A DNA stretch of 64,000 nt, from positions 128,001 to 192,000 of the forward strand of contig CAWJQU010000005.1 in the NCBI GenBank assembly GCA_963845145.1, given 5' to 3'. Position 1 is the stretch's first letter. Every line of letters begins with the position of its first letter. Shown here in pieces: positions 11,090 to 20,833 of this stretch. The stretch comes from an uncultured delta proteobacterium. GTDB taxonomy: Bacteria > Desulfobacterota > Desulfobacteria > Desulfobacterales > QNYZ01. The notes under the pieces are model-generated. The model worked only from the letters and a program-made list of their open reading frames with translations. It did no database searches and was not told where the DNA came from. The position numbers and the translations under genes were made by a program.

Positions 11090-11383
11090 TCATCAGCTTT
11101 TACGCCGAAGAGTGCCCATTCTAAATACCGCCATTTGTCTTGTAATTCCCAGCGGCAGACACGACTATTTACCAATGAAGTAAAATCTGATAGGGTGCGC
11201 GCTCTCTTTATTTTTGGATTTCTCCCCACACGATACGGAAAGTGACGATCACATCATTTCAGATTGAAATGACACCGCCGCTGATGACGCTTGGTTTTTC
11301 GGGAGCGATTTAAAAAAGCGTCGACCCCTTGTGGTTTAGACCCAGTGGATCAGACCCATAAATTTTGAAACGAGGATAATAAC

Positions 11384-12514
11384 ATGTGCCGTCTGTTCGC
11401 CATTACGAGCGAGGACCCCATTTCGCCGATGGTCGCCGTGAACGCCCTGGATATTATGCGGGAAGGTCACGATGGATCCGGTGTGGGACTCTTTTTACGA
11501 GATTTGGGTGGCCCTTTTGAGGAGATTAAAGATGCCCCGATTCTGTCGGGCATTTTTACCGATAGCGGCCTCAAAAGGCTGGATATGTATATGATGGAAC
11601 TCGGGTTCATGACCAAGTATAAGATATCCATTAAGGTCCCTAAAACCGCGCCACCGGGCGTCCCCAAAAGGGATTTTTATCTGGTCCGGGCCTATGAATA
11701 TCCGGAAGAGTGGGAAAATTATTCCCAAGAGACCCTATATGATCGCCTATTAGATATCCGCCTGACCCTACGCCGGATGGGACAGGAAAAAGACGATATG
11801 ATCGTTTTTTCTTTCTGGCCGGATGTGATCATGATTAAGGAAATCGGGGATCCCATGCGCGTGGCCGAATATCTCAACCTGGACCGAAACGAGCTAAAAG
11901 CACGCGTCATCATGGCCCAGGGTCGCCAAAACACCAATTATGCCATTAACCTGTACGCCTGCCACCCGTTTTTTTTGCAGGGTTTCGCTACCATGACCAA
12001 TGGCGAAAACACTGCTTTTATCCCCATTAAGGATTATTTGCTGTCACGCGACTTTCCAGGGTACACCGGTTACCAATCGGACTCGGAAGTGTTCACCCAC
12101 ATTTTGCACTACACCATGAAAACCCTCGGGCTGGGTATCGAGTCCTATAAACATGTCATCACACCATTAAAAGATGAAGATTTGAATCATCATCCCGATG
12201 CCGAGTTTCTGGGCCACCTGAAGCAAACCTGTCGCCCACTCATCATCGATGGCCCCAATTGCGTTATCGGTTGTCTGACCGACCATTCCGTGTTCATGGT
12301 TCAGGACCGGAAAAAACTTCGCCCGGGTGTCGTCGGCGGTCGACCGGGCCTATTCGCATTTTCATCGGAGATTTGCGGTCTGGATGCCGCTATCCCGGAT
12401 CGGGATAAATCTCGTGATTTTCAACCCATGCATCTGGATACGGTGTTCATTGGACCTGATCGCCGGGAGATACAATTATGCCGTCAAACCGAAAAATTAC
12501 CCCTTCTACACTAA
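11384..12514 (+). CDS. Glutamate synthase, stand-alone class II glutamine amidotransferase subunit (GltB1-like)
   Basis: N-terminal MCRL nucleophile Cys, HPF, NGEN, SDSE, LRP; operonic with the FMN subunit. Confidence 0.88.
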   Translation: MCRLFAITSEDPISPMVAVNALDIMREGHDGSGVGLFLRDLGGPFEEIKDAPILSGIFTDSGLKRLDMYMMELGFMTKYKISIKVPKTAPPGVPKRDFYLVRAYEYPEEWENYSQETLYDRLLDIRLTLRRMGQEKDDMIVFSFWPDVIMIKEIGDPMRVAEYLNLDRNELKARVIMAQGRQNTNYAINLYACHPFFLQGFATMTNGENTAFIPIKDYLLSRDFPGYTGYQSDSEVFTHILHYTMKTLGLGIESYKHVITPLKDEDLNHHPDAEFLGHLKQTCRPLIIDGPNCVIGCLTDHSVFMVQDRKKLRPGVVGGRPGLFAFSSEICGLDAAIPDRDKSRDFQPMHLDTVFIGPDRREIQLCRQTEKLPLLH

Positions 12515-14112
12515 GCGTTAAAGACCTGCCCTGGCAAATTGTCTGGAGTAAGGAAAAATGCACGCTGTGTGGTCAATGCACGGCGGTATGTCCGGTTCAA
12601 GCCATTGAGCCGGCCGTTTTTCGCAAGCGAAACATCACCGCCGCATTAAATACGGAAACCAATATTTCCGATGAGCATACCGTCTACTATGGGATTCGCC
12701 AAAAAACCGACCCAGCCTACGCCTGTGTGGGGTGCGCCTCCTGCCAAATGGTCTGTCCCAATGATGCCATTATACCCATGCACGGAGACGAGGCCGACAA
12801 ATTACGGTTTCATATCAATCGCGGTGGTCAACCCCGACGCCGCGGCGGTCGACGTAATGACCCGGGAAGCTTTCTGGATCGCATCAAATTCATTCGAATT
12901 TCCATGCTGACGGACCCGGCCCTGGATGCAGGGCGCCATGAGTTTGAACTTCGAACTTTGCTGGGGCGGGTGCTGCCCCCGGAAACAAACCTGGCCTTTC
13001 TTCGGGAAAATGGGTGGATTCCTCCGGTGCGGGAAATTTACCCCCTGATCATCGGTGGGATGTCTTTCGGCGCGCTGTCACCCAACATGTGGGAAGGCCT
13101 TCAACTGGGGGTTGCCTACCTCAATGAGGAACTCAACATGCCGGTGCGTGTTTGCACCGGTGAAGGCGGGTGCCCACCGCGCCTTTTGCGGTCCCGTTTC
13201 TTAAAATATGTTATTTTACAAATCGCCAGCGGCTATTTCGGATGGGATGAAATTATTCACGCCCTGCCCCATATGAAGGAAGACCCGTGCGCCATTGAAA
13301 TCAAATATGGCCAGGGGGCCAAACCCGGTGACGGGGGGCTCCTTATGTGGCACAAGGTCAACCAGCTTATTGCCGCCATTCGCGGTGTGCCCCAGGGGAT
13401 CAGTCTCCCCAGTCCACCGACCCACCAAACGCAATACTCCATTGAGGAGTCGGTGGCCAAAATGATCCAGTCCATGTACATGGCAACCGGGTTCAGGGTG
13501 CCGGTTTATCCCAAAATATCGGCCACATCCACCGCCATGGCGGTCTTAAACAACCTCACTCGGAATCCCTATGCGGCCGGATTGGCCATTGACGGCGAGG
13601 ATGGCGGTACCGGTGCTGCCTACAATGTATCCATGAACCACATGGGCCACCCCATTGCCAGCAACATTCGCGATGCCTATCAAACCCTGGTGAAGGTGGG
13701 AAAACAGAACGAAATCCCCCTTTTTGCCGGTGGCGGCATCGGAAAATCCGGCAATTTGGCCGCCAACGCCGCGGCCTTAATTATGCTTGGGGCCAGCGGC
13801 GTGCAAATCGGTAAATATGTGATGCAGGCCGCTGCCGGCTGTATCGGATCGGAAAATGATCGTTGTAATATTTGTAATCTGGGACTGTGCCCCAAGGGCA
13901 TTACCTCCCAGGATCCCCGCCTCTACCGGCGGCTTGACGTTGACGATGTCGCCCAGCGGGTCGTCGACCTGTTTTTAAGTTTTGACACGGAATTAAAAAA
14001 GATTGTTGCGCCTCTGGGTCGCTCCACGACATTGCCTATCGGCATGTCCGACGCTATCGGCATCGACGATCATGACGCTGCCGAACGGCTTCAAATTCGG
14101 TACGTGGTATAG
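12478..14112 (+). CDS. Glutamate synthase FMN-binding subunit with N-terminal 2x[4Fe-4S] (GltB2-like)
   Basis: MSFGALS, TGEGG, QIASG, EIKYGQGAKPGDGG, CPKGITSQDP; two CxxCxxCxxxCP motifs. Confidence 0.9.
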   Translation: MPSNRKITPSTLSVKDLPWQIVWSKEKCTLCGQCTAVCPVQAIEPAVFRKRNITAALNTETNISDEHTVYYGIRQKTDPAYACVGCASCQMVCPNDAIIPMHGDEADKLRFHINRGGQPRRRGGRRNDPGSFLDRIKFIRISMLTDPALDAGRHEFELRTLLGRVLPPETNLAFLRENGWIPPVREIYPLIIGGMSFGALSPNMWEGLQLGVAYLNEELNMPVRVCTGEGGCPPRLLRSRFLKYVILQIASGYFGWDEIIHALPHMKEDPCAIEIKYGQGAKPGDGGLLMWHKVNQLIAAIRGVPQGISLPSPPTHQTQYSIEESVAKMIQSMYMATGFRVPVYPKISATSTAMAVLNNLTRNPYAAGLAIDGEDGGTGAAYNVSMNHMGHPIASNIRDAYQTLVKVGKQNEIPLFAGGGIGKSGNLAANAAALIMLGASGVQIGKYVMQAAAGCIGSENDRCNICNLGLCPKGITSQDPRLYRRLDVDDVAQRVVDLFLSFDTELKKIVAPLGRSTTLPIGMSDAIGIDDHDAAERLQIRYVV

Positions 14113-14127
14113 GTTCGGAGTAATAAA

Positions 14128-16458
14128 ATGTCTGATAAACGATCAATCAGTCTTTCCGGAAGGGAAAATGACAATCGAATTGAGACCCGGGTGCTGGAGG
14201 AACGCATCCAAGCCGCCGTGGCCGAGGGCTACCGCCGCTTAAATATCGAGGCCTATGGACAACACGGAATCGGCGGCCGACTGTTTAAAGCCGGCGACGA
14301 TTCGGTTGATATTCGCGTCACGGGGCATCCCGGCCAACGTGTGGGAGCGATGGGCTTTCCCAACACGGCCGTGGAGGTCTTCGGACCGGCATCCGACGAT
14401 GTGGGGTGGTTGAATGCCGGTGCCCGCATCACGATTCACGGTCATGCGGGCAACGGTGTTGCCAATGGCATGGCGCAAGGGAAAATATATATCGAAGGCA
14501 ATATCGGTTCCCGCGGCATGACCATGACCAAACACAACCCCCGTTTCGATCCACCGGAGCTATGGGTCCTGGGCGGCGTCGGCGATTACTTCGGGGAGTT
14601 TATGGCTGGCGGCGTGGCGGTGATCTGTGGCCATGAAGCCCAGAATTCCGATAATATCCTCGGCCATCGTCCTCTCGTCGGCATGGTTGGCGGGCAGGTA
14701 TTTTTTCGAGGCCGCCATGACGGCTTCAGCCAGGTCGATGCAAAACGCGTCCCCATCGAGGATGATGCCTACACCTGGCTTTGTGAAAATTTAAAAACAT
14801 TCCTCGACGCCGTCGGCCGAGGCGAATTATTGGCCACCTTGGCCGAACGTGACCAATGGCAGTTGATCCAATCCCTTAGCCCCATGGAAAAAAAAGGGCG
14901 AGGCCTGCGTTCAATGACCGATTTCAAACGCCATGTCTGGTATCAGGAGCTGGGTGACGGCGGCCTGGTGGGCGATCTGACGGATATAGACCGCAGCCCG
15001 ATTCCCCTCGTACCCACGGGCGATCTTCGACGCTATGTACCGGTATGGGAAAATCGGCGTTACGCCGCCCCTTGCGAGTCCACATGCCCTTCGGGCATTC
15101 CTGTCCAGGAAAGATGGCGATTGATACGGGAAGGCAAGGTGGACGAAGCTGTCGATCTGGCGCTAGCCTACACGCCTTTTCCAGCCAGCGTCTGCGGTTA
15201 TTTGTGTCCCAATCCGTGCATGGCGGCGTGCACCAAACAAACCGCCTTGCTTGAACCGGTGGACGTCTCTCTTCTGGGAAAAGCCAGCATCAATGCCGGT
15301 ACCCCGACGATTCCGCCCCTTGGGGATACCCGCGTCGGTGTGATCGGCGGTGGCCCGGCAGGCATTTCATTGGCCTGGCAACTTCGATTAAAAGGCCATG
15401 ATGTCGTCGTATATGACAACGCCCCCCAACTGGGCGGCAAAATCACAGGCGCCATTCCAAATTCAAGAATCCCTGAAGAGATCGTTGATAAAGAACTGGC
15501 GCGCATCCGCGAGGTGATCAACCACACCCAGATGGCGCGCGATATTGATACGAACACATTTGCCCAAATCCGGTCTGAATTCGATTTTACCGTTATTGCC
15601 GTCGGCGCTACGAATCCCCGCACGCTTCCCATTCCGGGCAATGAACGCTTAACACCGGCGCTGGATTTTCTCTCCAGGGCCAAAACCGGCATGGCCGCCG
15701 TGGGCAAACGTGTTGTCATTATCGGAGCCGGGAATGTCGGGTGTGACGTGGCCTCCGTGGCGCACCGGCTGGGTGCCAAGACTATCACCTTGATCGATAT
15801 TCAAGAACCCGCCTCTTTTGGTAAAGAGCGGGCCGAAGCTGAAAAAGCGGGAGCCACCTTTCAATGGCCCTGCTTTACAAAGGAGATCACTTCGGACGGT
15901 GTGGTTTTGGCTTCGGGAGAAGTCATTCCGGCGGATACGGTGTTTATTTCCATCGGTGATGCGCCGGATATCGGTTTTGTTCCCGACGATATTCAAACCC
16001 AATCCGGATTCGTGGTAACCAATGAATACGGCCGCACCAGCGCCCCCGATGTGTTTGCCATCGGAGATGTGGTCAAACCCGGCCTGTTGACCGATGCCAT
16101 CGGGGCCGGTCGACGCACGGCCGAGGCCATCAATGATATCGCCGCAGGCCGACGGCCGGCGGGAACCCTGCGTCAGGTGATCGATACGAGCCGAATGACC
16201 TTGGAATACTTCGATCCTCGCATCACCGAATATGCCGATGCAGATGAATGTGGTGCCCAGTGTTCTTCCTGCGGCACCTGCCGTGATTGTGAGATCTGTA
16301 TTTCCCTGTGCCCCCAGGCAGCCATCGGCCGTTTTGAAGACGAGATCAACGATTTTGAATATCGCGTTGATGCCGACCGATGCATCGGGTGCGGATTTTG
16401 TGCGGCTGTTTGCCCTTGCGGCATATGGGATCTGGTTGCAAATGATCCCATAGTGTAA
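14128..16458 (+). CDS. Fusion of glutamate synthase GXGXG domain, GltD-like FAD/NAD(P) oxidoreductase and ferredoxin
   Basis: GXGXG repeats (GEFMAGG), CESTCP, GGGPAG, GAGNVGCD, C-terminal 4Fe-4S motifs. Confidence 0.88.
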   Translation: MSDKRSISLSGRENDNRIETRVLEERIQAAVAEGYRRLNIEAYGQHGIGGRLFKAGDDSVDIRVTGHPGQRVGAMGFPNTAVEVFGPASDDVGWLNAGARITIHGHAGNGVANGMAQGKIYIEGNIGSRGMTMTKHNPRFDPPELWVLGGVGDYFGEFMAGGVAVICGHEAQNSDNILGHRPLVGMVGGQVFFRGRHDGFSQVDAKRVPIEDDAYTWLCENLKTFLDAVGRGELLATLAERDQWQLIQSLSPMEKKGRGLRSMTDFKRHVWYQELGDGGLVGDLTDIDRSPIPLVPTGDLRRYVPVWENRRYAAPCESTCPSGIPVQERWRLIREGKVDEAVDLALAYTPFPASVCGYLCPNPCMAACTKQTALLEPVDVSLLGKASINAGTPTIPPLGDTRVGVIGGGPAGISLAWQLRLKGHDVVVYDNAPQLGGKITGAIPNSRIPEEIVDKELARIREVINHTQMARDIDTNTFAQIRSEFDFTVIAVGATNPRTLPIPGNERLTPALDFLSRAKTGMAAVGKRVVIIGAGNVGCDVASVAHRLGAKTITLIDIQEPASFGKERAEAEKAGATFQWPCFTKEITSDGVVLASGEVIPADTVFISIGDAPDIGFVPDDIQTQSGFVVTNEYGRTSAPDVFAIGDVVKPGLLTDAIGAGRRTAEAINDIAAGRRPAGTLRQVIDTSRMTLEYFDPRITEYADADECGAQCSSCGTCRDCEICISLCPQAAIGRFEDEINDFEYRVDADRCIGCGFCAAVCPCGIWDLVANDPIV

Positions 16459-16495
16459 ACGTGTCGTATAAACATGGTATAAATACCTAATTTAT

Positions 16496-16517
16496 GATGG
16501 ACTCGTAAAAAACCATC
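16496..16517. repeat. Possible internally deleted remnant of the palindromic intergenic repeat family
   Basis: GATGG-ACTCGTAAAAAA-CCATC resembles the end of the 60193-60329 element (reverse complement TGATGGCTTCATACAAAGCC). Confidence 0.35.
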
Positions 16518-16550
16518 TAAGGCGAAAGAACCTATGGGAGAAAGGCAACC

Positions 16551-18050
16551 ATGGAAAAGGACGGGATAGATATCAACCCGATAGAGACGACACCCCACGG
16601 CATTAACCCATCGGATGAGCTGCCGATGGAACATTCGCTTAAGACCGGCACTGAACGACCCAGGGATGCCTGCGGTCTGTTTGGTATCTATGACCATGCC
16701 GAGGCCGCCCGCATGGCCTATTTCGGTCTTTACGCCCTTCAACACCGGGGACAGGAAAGTGCCGGGATCGCGACCGTCCAGAATGAGCAGGTTGTCGGCC
16801 ATATGGGTATGGGATTGGTCCACGATGTTTTTGATGATACCCAGTTGGACCGGTTAAAGGGGTCAAGCGCCGTCGGGCATGTCCGCTACTCCACGACCGG
16901 GTCTTCTGTCCTGCTCAATGCCCAGCCGTTTGTCGTCCATCACCGCAAACGCTCCTACGCCGTTGCCCATAACGGCAATCTGGTCAACGCCCACCACCTG
17001 AAACAGGAGTTGGAAGAAGCCGGATCAATCTTTCAAACCACCATCGACAGCGAGGTTTTTCTTCACCTGTTTGTCAAAAGCATCCACCTTGGGTTTGAAG
17101 AAGCGCTGATTACAACAGTCAAACGTTTAAAAGGGGCTTTTTCCATGGTGATGCTCACCAGCGAGGGGGAAATCGTCGGCATCAAGGACCCACTCAGTTT
17201 CCGACCGCTTTGTCTGGGTAAATTAAACGGTAGCTATGTCCTGGCGTCGGAGACATGTGCCTTGGATCTGGTTGAGGCCGAGCTGGTGCGGGAGCTGGAT
17301 CCCGGAGAGATCGTTATTATCGGAAAAAACGGTGTGCGCAGTATCCAGACAATAGAGGCGCCGGAACGCGCCTTTTGCATTTTTGAGTTTATCTATTTTG
17401 CCCGCCCGGATAGTACCTTTTTTGGAAAAAACGTCTATCAGATCCGTAAAGCCCATGGCCGCCGCCTGGCCCACGAAGCGCCGGTGGATGCCGACCTGGT
17501 GATGCCTTTTCCCGATTCAGGGACGTATGCCGCCTTGGGATATGCCGAAACCGCAGGTATTCCCTTTGAGATGGCCATGATACGCAACCACTACGTGGGC
17601 CGTACCTTTATCCAGCCGACCCAGACCATGCGCGACTTCGCTGTACGGATTAAGCTCAATCCGGTTAAAAGCCTGCTTAAAGGCAAAGAGATTATTATTA
17701 TTGAGGATTCTATTATTCGGGGCACCACCGTAAAAACGCGCGTAAAGGCATTACGTGCGCTGGGTGTAAAAAAGATCCATATGCGGGTGAGTGGTCCCCC
17801 CCATCGTTTTCCATGCCATTACGGCATTGATTTTTCCACCCGTGGGGAGTTGATTGCCAGCAAAATGTCTGTTGAGGCGCTCGCTGAATACCTGGGGCTC
17901 GACTCCCTCTACTACCTGAGCCTTGATGGCCTGCTTGAATCCACGGAAATGCAGGACCCTCAAAAAACGTTTTGCAAAGCCTGTTTTGATGGGTGTTACC
18001 CGGTCGATTTTGACGAAGACCTCTCGAAATTCTGCATGGGAAGGCGGTAG
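16551..18050 (+). CDS. purF: Amidophosphoribosyltransferase
   Basis: Propeptide then CGLFG, LQHRGQESAG, GHVRYST, DSIIRGTT PRPP motif, C-terminal Fe-S Cys residues. Confidence 0.97.
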   Translation: MEKDGIDINPIETTPHGINPSDELPMEHSLKTGTERPRDACGLFGIYDHAEAARMAYFGLYALQHRGQESAGIATVQNEQVVGHMGMGLVHDVFDDTQLDRLKGSSAVGHVRYSTTGSSVLLNAQPFVVHHRKRSYAVAHNGNLVNAHHLKQELEEAGSIFQTTIDSEVFLHLFVKSIHLGFEEALITTVKRLKGAFSMVMLTSEGEIVGIKDPLSFRPLCLGKLNGSYVLASETCALDLVEAELVRELDPGEIVIIGKNGVRSIQTIEAPERAFCIFEFIYFARPDSTFFGKNVYQIRKAHGRRLAHEAPVDADLVMPFPDSGTYAALGYAETAGIPFEMAMIRNHYVGRTFIQPTQTMRDFAVRIKLNPVKSLLKGKEIIIIEDSIIRGTTVKTRVKALRALGVKKIHMRVSGPPHRFPCHYGIDFSTRGELIASKMSVEALAEYLGLDSLYYLSLDGLLESTEMQDPQKTFCKACFDGCYPVDFDEDLSKFCMGRR

Positions 18051-18053
18051 GCG

Positions 18054-19082
18054 TTGACGCTTGTAAAGAAAACGGTGGCGTTTTCAAAAAATGCCGTCAA
18101 TGTTTTTTTTCATATTTTGACCCGTTGCAATCTCAAGTGCCGGCACTGCTATATCAATCCCGAACAGCACGGCAAGGACACCCTCGAAATCGCCTCTATC
18201 CGCTCTTGGCTGGACGCCTTTCTACCGAATAAACGCCCCGTCAATGTCATCTTTTTAGGCGGTGAGCCCACCCTTCACCCGGATCTCGCCGAGGCGATTC
18301 GCCATGCCCGCTACCGGGGCTGCGCTTCAGTCACGGTCGACACCAACGGGTATTTGTTTAATGACTTTCTGTCAAAAGTGACCCCTGACGAGGTGGATTT
18401 TATCTCCTTTAGTCTGGATGGCGCCACGGCCGAAACCAACGACCCGATTCGCGGGAAGGGTTCATTTACCGCCTGTACCCGGGGGATTCGTCAAGCCGTG
18501 GCCCATGGGTTTGCCGTCAGCCTCATATTTACCGTAAGCCAGGCCAACCTCTCCGATCTGGACCGCATGGTCCCATTGCTGCTGACTTTGGGTGTCCAAC
18601 GTTTTTTCATTCAGGTGATCGGCATTCGCGGCCAATCGCATCAAGATGTATTGGAAATGGGACAGGTTTCACAGGCCGAGTGGCAAACCATCGTCCCCAA
18701 GGTCGCCGAAAAAGTTGCCGCACACGGCATCACCGTTACCTATCCCAAAGTATTCTTAGATCCGGGAGAGGCATTTGAATGCGCCGGTAATGTGGCTGAT
18801 AATTATTTCATTTTCCCCAACGGACGGGTTTACCGCTGCCCCTTGTGCGAAGATTATCCCATTCATGCGCTGATGTTTGAAAATAACCGACTGGGCAACA
18901 GGCCGCCCATCAATGAAAATGACCTGTTTTGTCTGGATATTCCCGAAGGATGCGTGATGAACAAACTTGTCCAGCCGGGAAATCTGACCTATGGACCGGA
19001 TGGCAAGCCATTGTATCAGGTTGCCTGCTGTTTGCTTAAAAAAGAGATCGGTCAAAATCGACACTTCACAAATACCCCTTAG
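18054..19082 (+). CDS. Radical SAM protein with Cys-rich C-terminus
   Basis: CNLKCRHC, GGEP, TNG, SLDG; TTG start 3 nt after the purF stop. Confidence 0.9.
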   Translation: MTLVKKTVAFSKNAVNVFFHILTRCNLKCRHCYINPEQHGKDTLEIASIRSWLDAFLPNKRPVNVIFLGGEPTLHPDLAEAIRHARYRGCASVTVDTNGYLFNDFLSKVTPDEVDFISFSLDGATAETNDPIRGKGSFTACTRGIRQAVAHGFAVSLIFTVSQANLSDLDRMVPLLLTLGVQRFFIQVIGIRGQSHQDVLEMGQVSQAEWQTIVPKVAEKVAAHGITVTYPKVFLDPGEAFECAGNVADNYFIFPNGRVYRCPLCEDYPIHALMFENNRLGNRPPINENDLFCLDIPEGCVMNKLVQPGNLTYGPDGKPLYQVACCLLKKEIGQNRHFTNTP

Positions 19083-19099
19083 TTATTAAATAGTTATTC

Positions 19100-20550
19100 A
19101 TGACCCATTCTTTTATTTTCAATCGTTATCAGGAAATTATTGACGACGTCTCGGCTTTTGAAAACGCATTGCGTACCCCTGGCCGACGGTCGATTATCGT
19201 CAACCGGTTGCGCATTGAACCGAACCAACTGGCCGGCCTGCTTGCAGCTGACGGTTTTGATATCGAGCCACTGGCTTGGATGTCCGAGGGACTACGCTTG
19301 TCAACGGATGGCACTGGGTTAGGACGCCACTGGACCTATCGGGCAGGCCTGTTTAACATTCAGGAGGCCAGCGCCATGCTACCGGCCCATATTCTATCCC
19401 CCCGGCCGGGAGAGCGGGTTCTCGATCTTTGTGCTGCGCCGGGCAATAAAACCGCCCAATTGGCCATGCTCATGCAAAATACCGGTACGGTGATCGCCAA
19501 TGATCCGGATTATCGACGGCTTCAAGCGGTCCGCATGATGATTGATCGACTGGGGTTGGTGAATGTCAGCACCACTTGCCAGGACGGCACCCACTATCCC
19601 CAGGCCGCCGGGCCATTTGATCACGTGCTGGTCGATGCACCCTGTAGTTGTGAGGGGACCTTTCAAAAGAATCCGAAGGTATTGTCCAATCACACAACCC
19701 CTCGGGAAAAGCTTGCCCGCAAGCAGGCCGCCCTTCTACAGCGAGCCGTAAAGCTATGCCGGCCTGGCGGCCGAATCGTTTACAGCACCTGCACGCTGGC
19801 CCCTGAGGAAAATGAAGCCGTGATCCAGGCCACCTTAAACGATTGGACAAAACAGCTTCGGGTGCTACCCGTACGATTGCCGGGTCTTCATACCGCCCCC
19901 GGCATAACGACCTGGGCGGGTCGAACTTTTTCCCCGAAATGCACCATTGTGTGCGGATCTGGCCGCACCACAACAGCACCGATGGATTTTTCATCGCTCA
20001 TTTAGAAAAAACCGGTGGCAACGACCACACCGCACCGAATCGTGGCCAATCAGGCCAAAGATGGCCGAAAACGACCCAAAAGCCCATTGTAAACCCGGAA
20101 CAATACCTACAATATTTGAACACCCGTTTAGGTATACCGCCCCAGGTTTTTGAACATCTTCATTTGTTGAATAAAAAAGATCGCGATATCTACGTAGTGG
20201 CCGGGGAATATGCCCCGCCTCATAAACCGATCCCATCCATGGGCCTGCCCTTAATGCATATCAGCGGTCGCTTTTATAAACTAACAACCGCCGGGGCCAT
20301 GGTTTTCGGCAGTCATGCCAGCCAAAATATCATCGACGTTTGGCCGGACCAGCTGGACGCTTATCTCTCTCGCCAAACGATCGCGCTAATCCAACGGCAG
20401 GAGAGCCACTGTACGGGCAATGGACATGTCCTTATCCGCCACAAAGGCTACGTTTTAGGTGTTGGGTTTTACCGATCTACCCCACCTACGGTGGAAAGCT
20501 TATACCCCAAGGCCATGGCCTTGCCCATTAGAAGGATCGTGGAAGATTAA
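19100..20550 (+). pseudogene. RsmB/RsmF-family RNA m5C methyltransferase, split by a 1-nt deletion near 19927-19935 (real or sequencing error)
   Basis: DLCAAPGNKT, DAPCSCEG, YSTCT in ORF 19100-20005; RIWPH...DGFFIA continues in ORF 19843-20550; one more C in TTTTTCCCC joins them. Confidence 0.85.
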
Positions 20551-20635
20551 TGATCGACAATCTGCCCCTCCAGGGACAATAAATTTTTGTGTGCATGGTC
20601 CATCCGGTCGTTTAAGCCCGGTCGTTGAAGTCCGG

Positions 20636-20833
20636 TCACCCCCCGGCCACCAAAGGAATTAAAAAGACCCGAGCCCCATCCGGCACCAGGGTTTGATCGA
20701 ACTGGGGCCGGGAAATGATCTTGTTGTTGACCCGTACCGCCGGATACTCGTAGGTTTCCCCCATGGCTTCAATCAGCCTGGTGACGGTCATACCCTCCTG
20801 CCACGGCACGGATTTATCGTCCACGCGGATCAC
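20636..20833 (-). CDS. MoaD/ThiS-family sulfur carrier protein
   Basis: 65 aa ubiquitin-like size, C-terminal VAGG; overlaps the AOR stop. Confidence 0.9.
   Translation of the reverse strand: MIRVDDKSVPWQEGMTVTRLIEAMGETYEYPAVRVNNKIISRPQFDQTLVPDGARVFLIPLVAGG

Noticed and set aside
11274..11292. ACCGCCGCTGATGACGCT resembles the 3' half of a fluoride riboswitch
   Set aside because: The required 5' GATGG..TTC stem and pseudoknot partner is missing, and downstream genes are unrelated to fluoride
19921..19940. Programmed -1 ribosomal frameshift in the RsmB/F gene
   Set aside because: No in-frame X XXY YYZ slippery heptamer; a homopolymer indel is simpler
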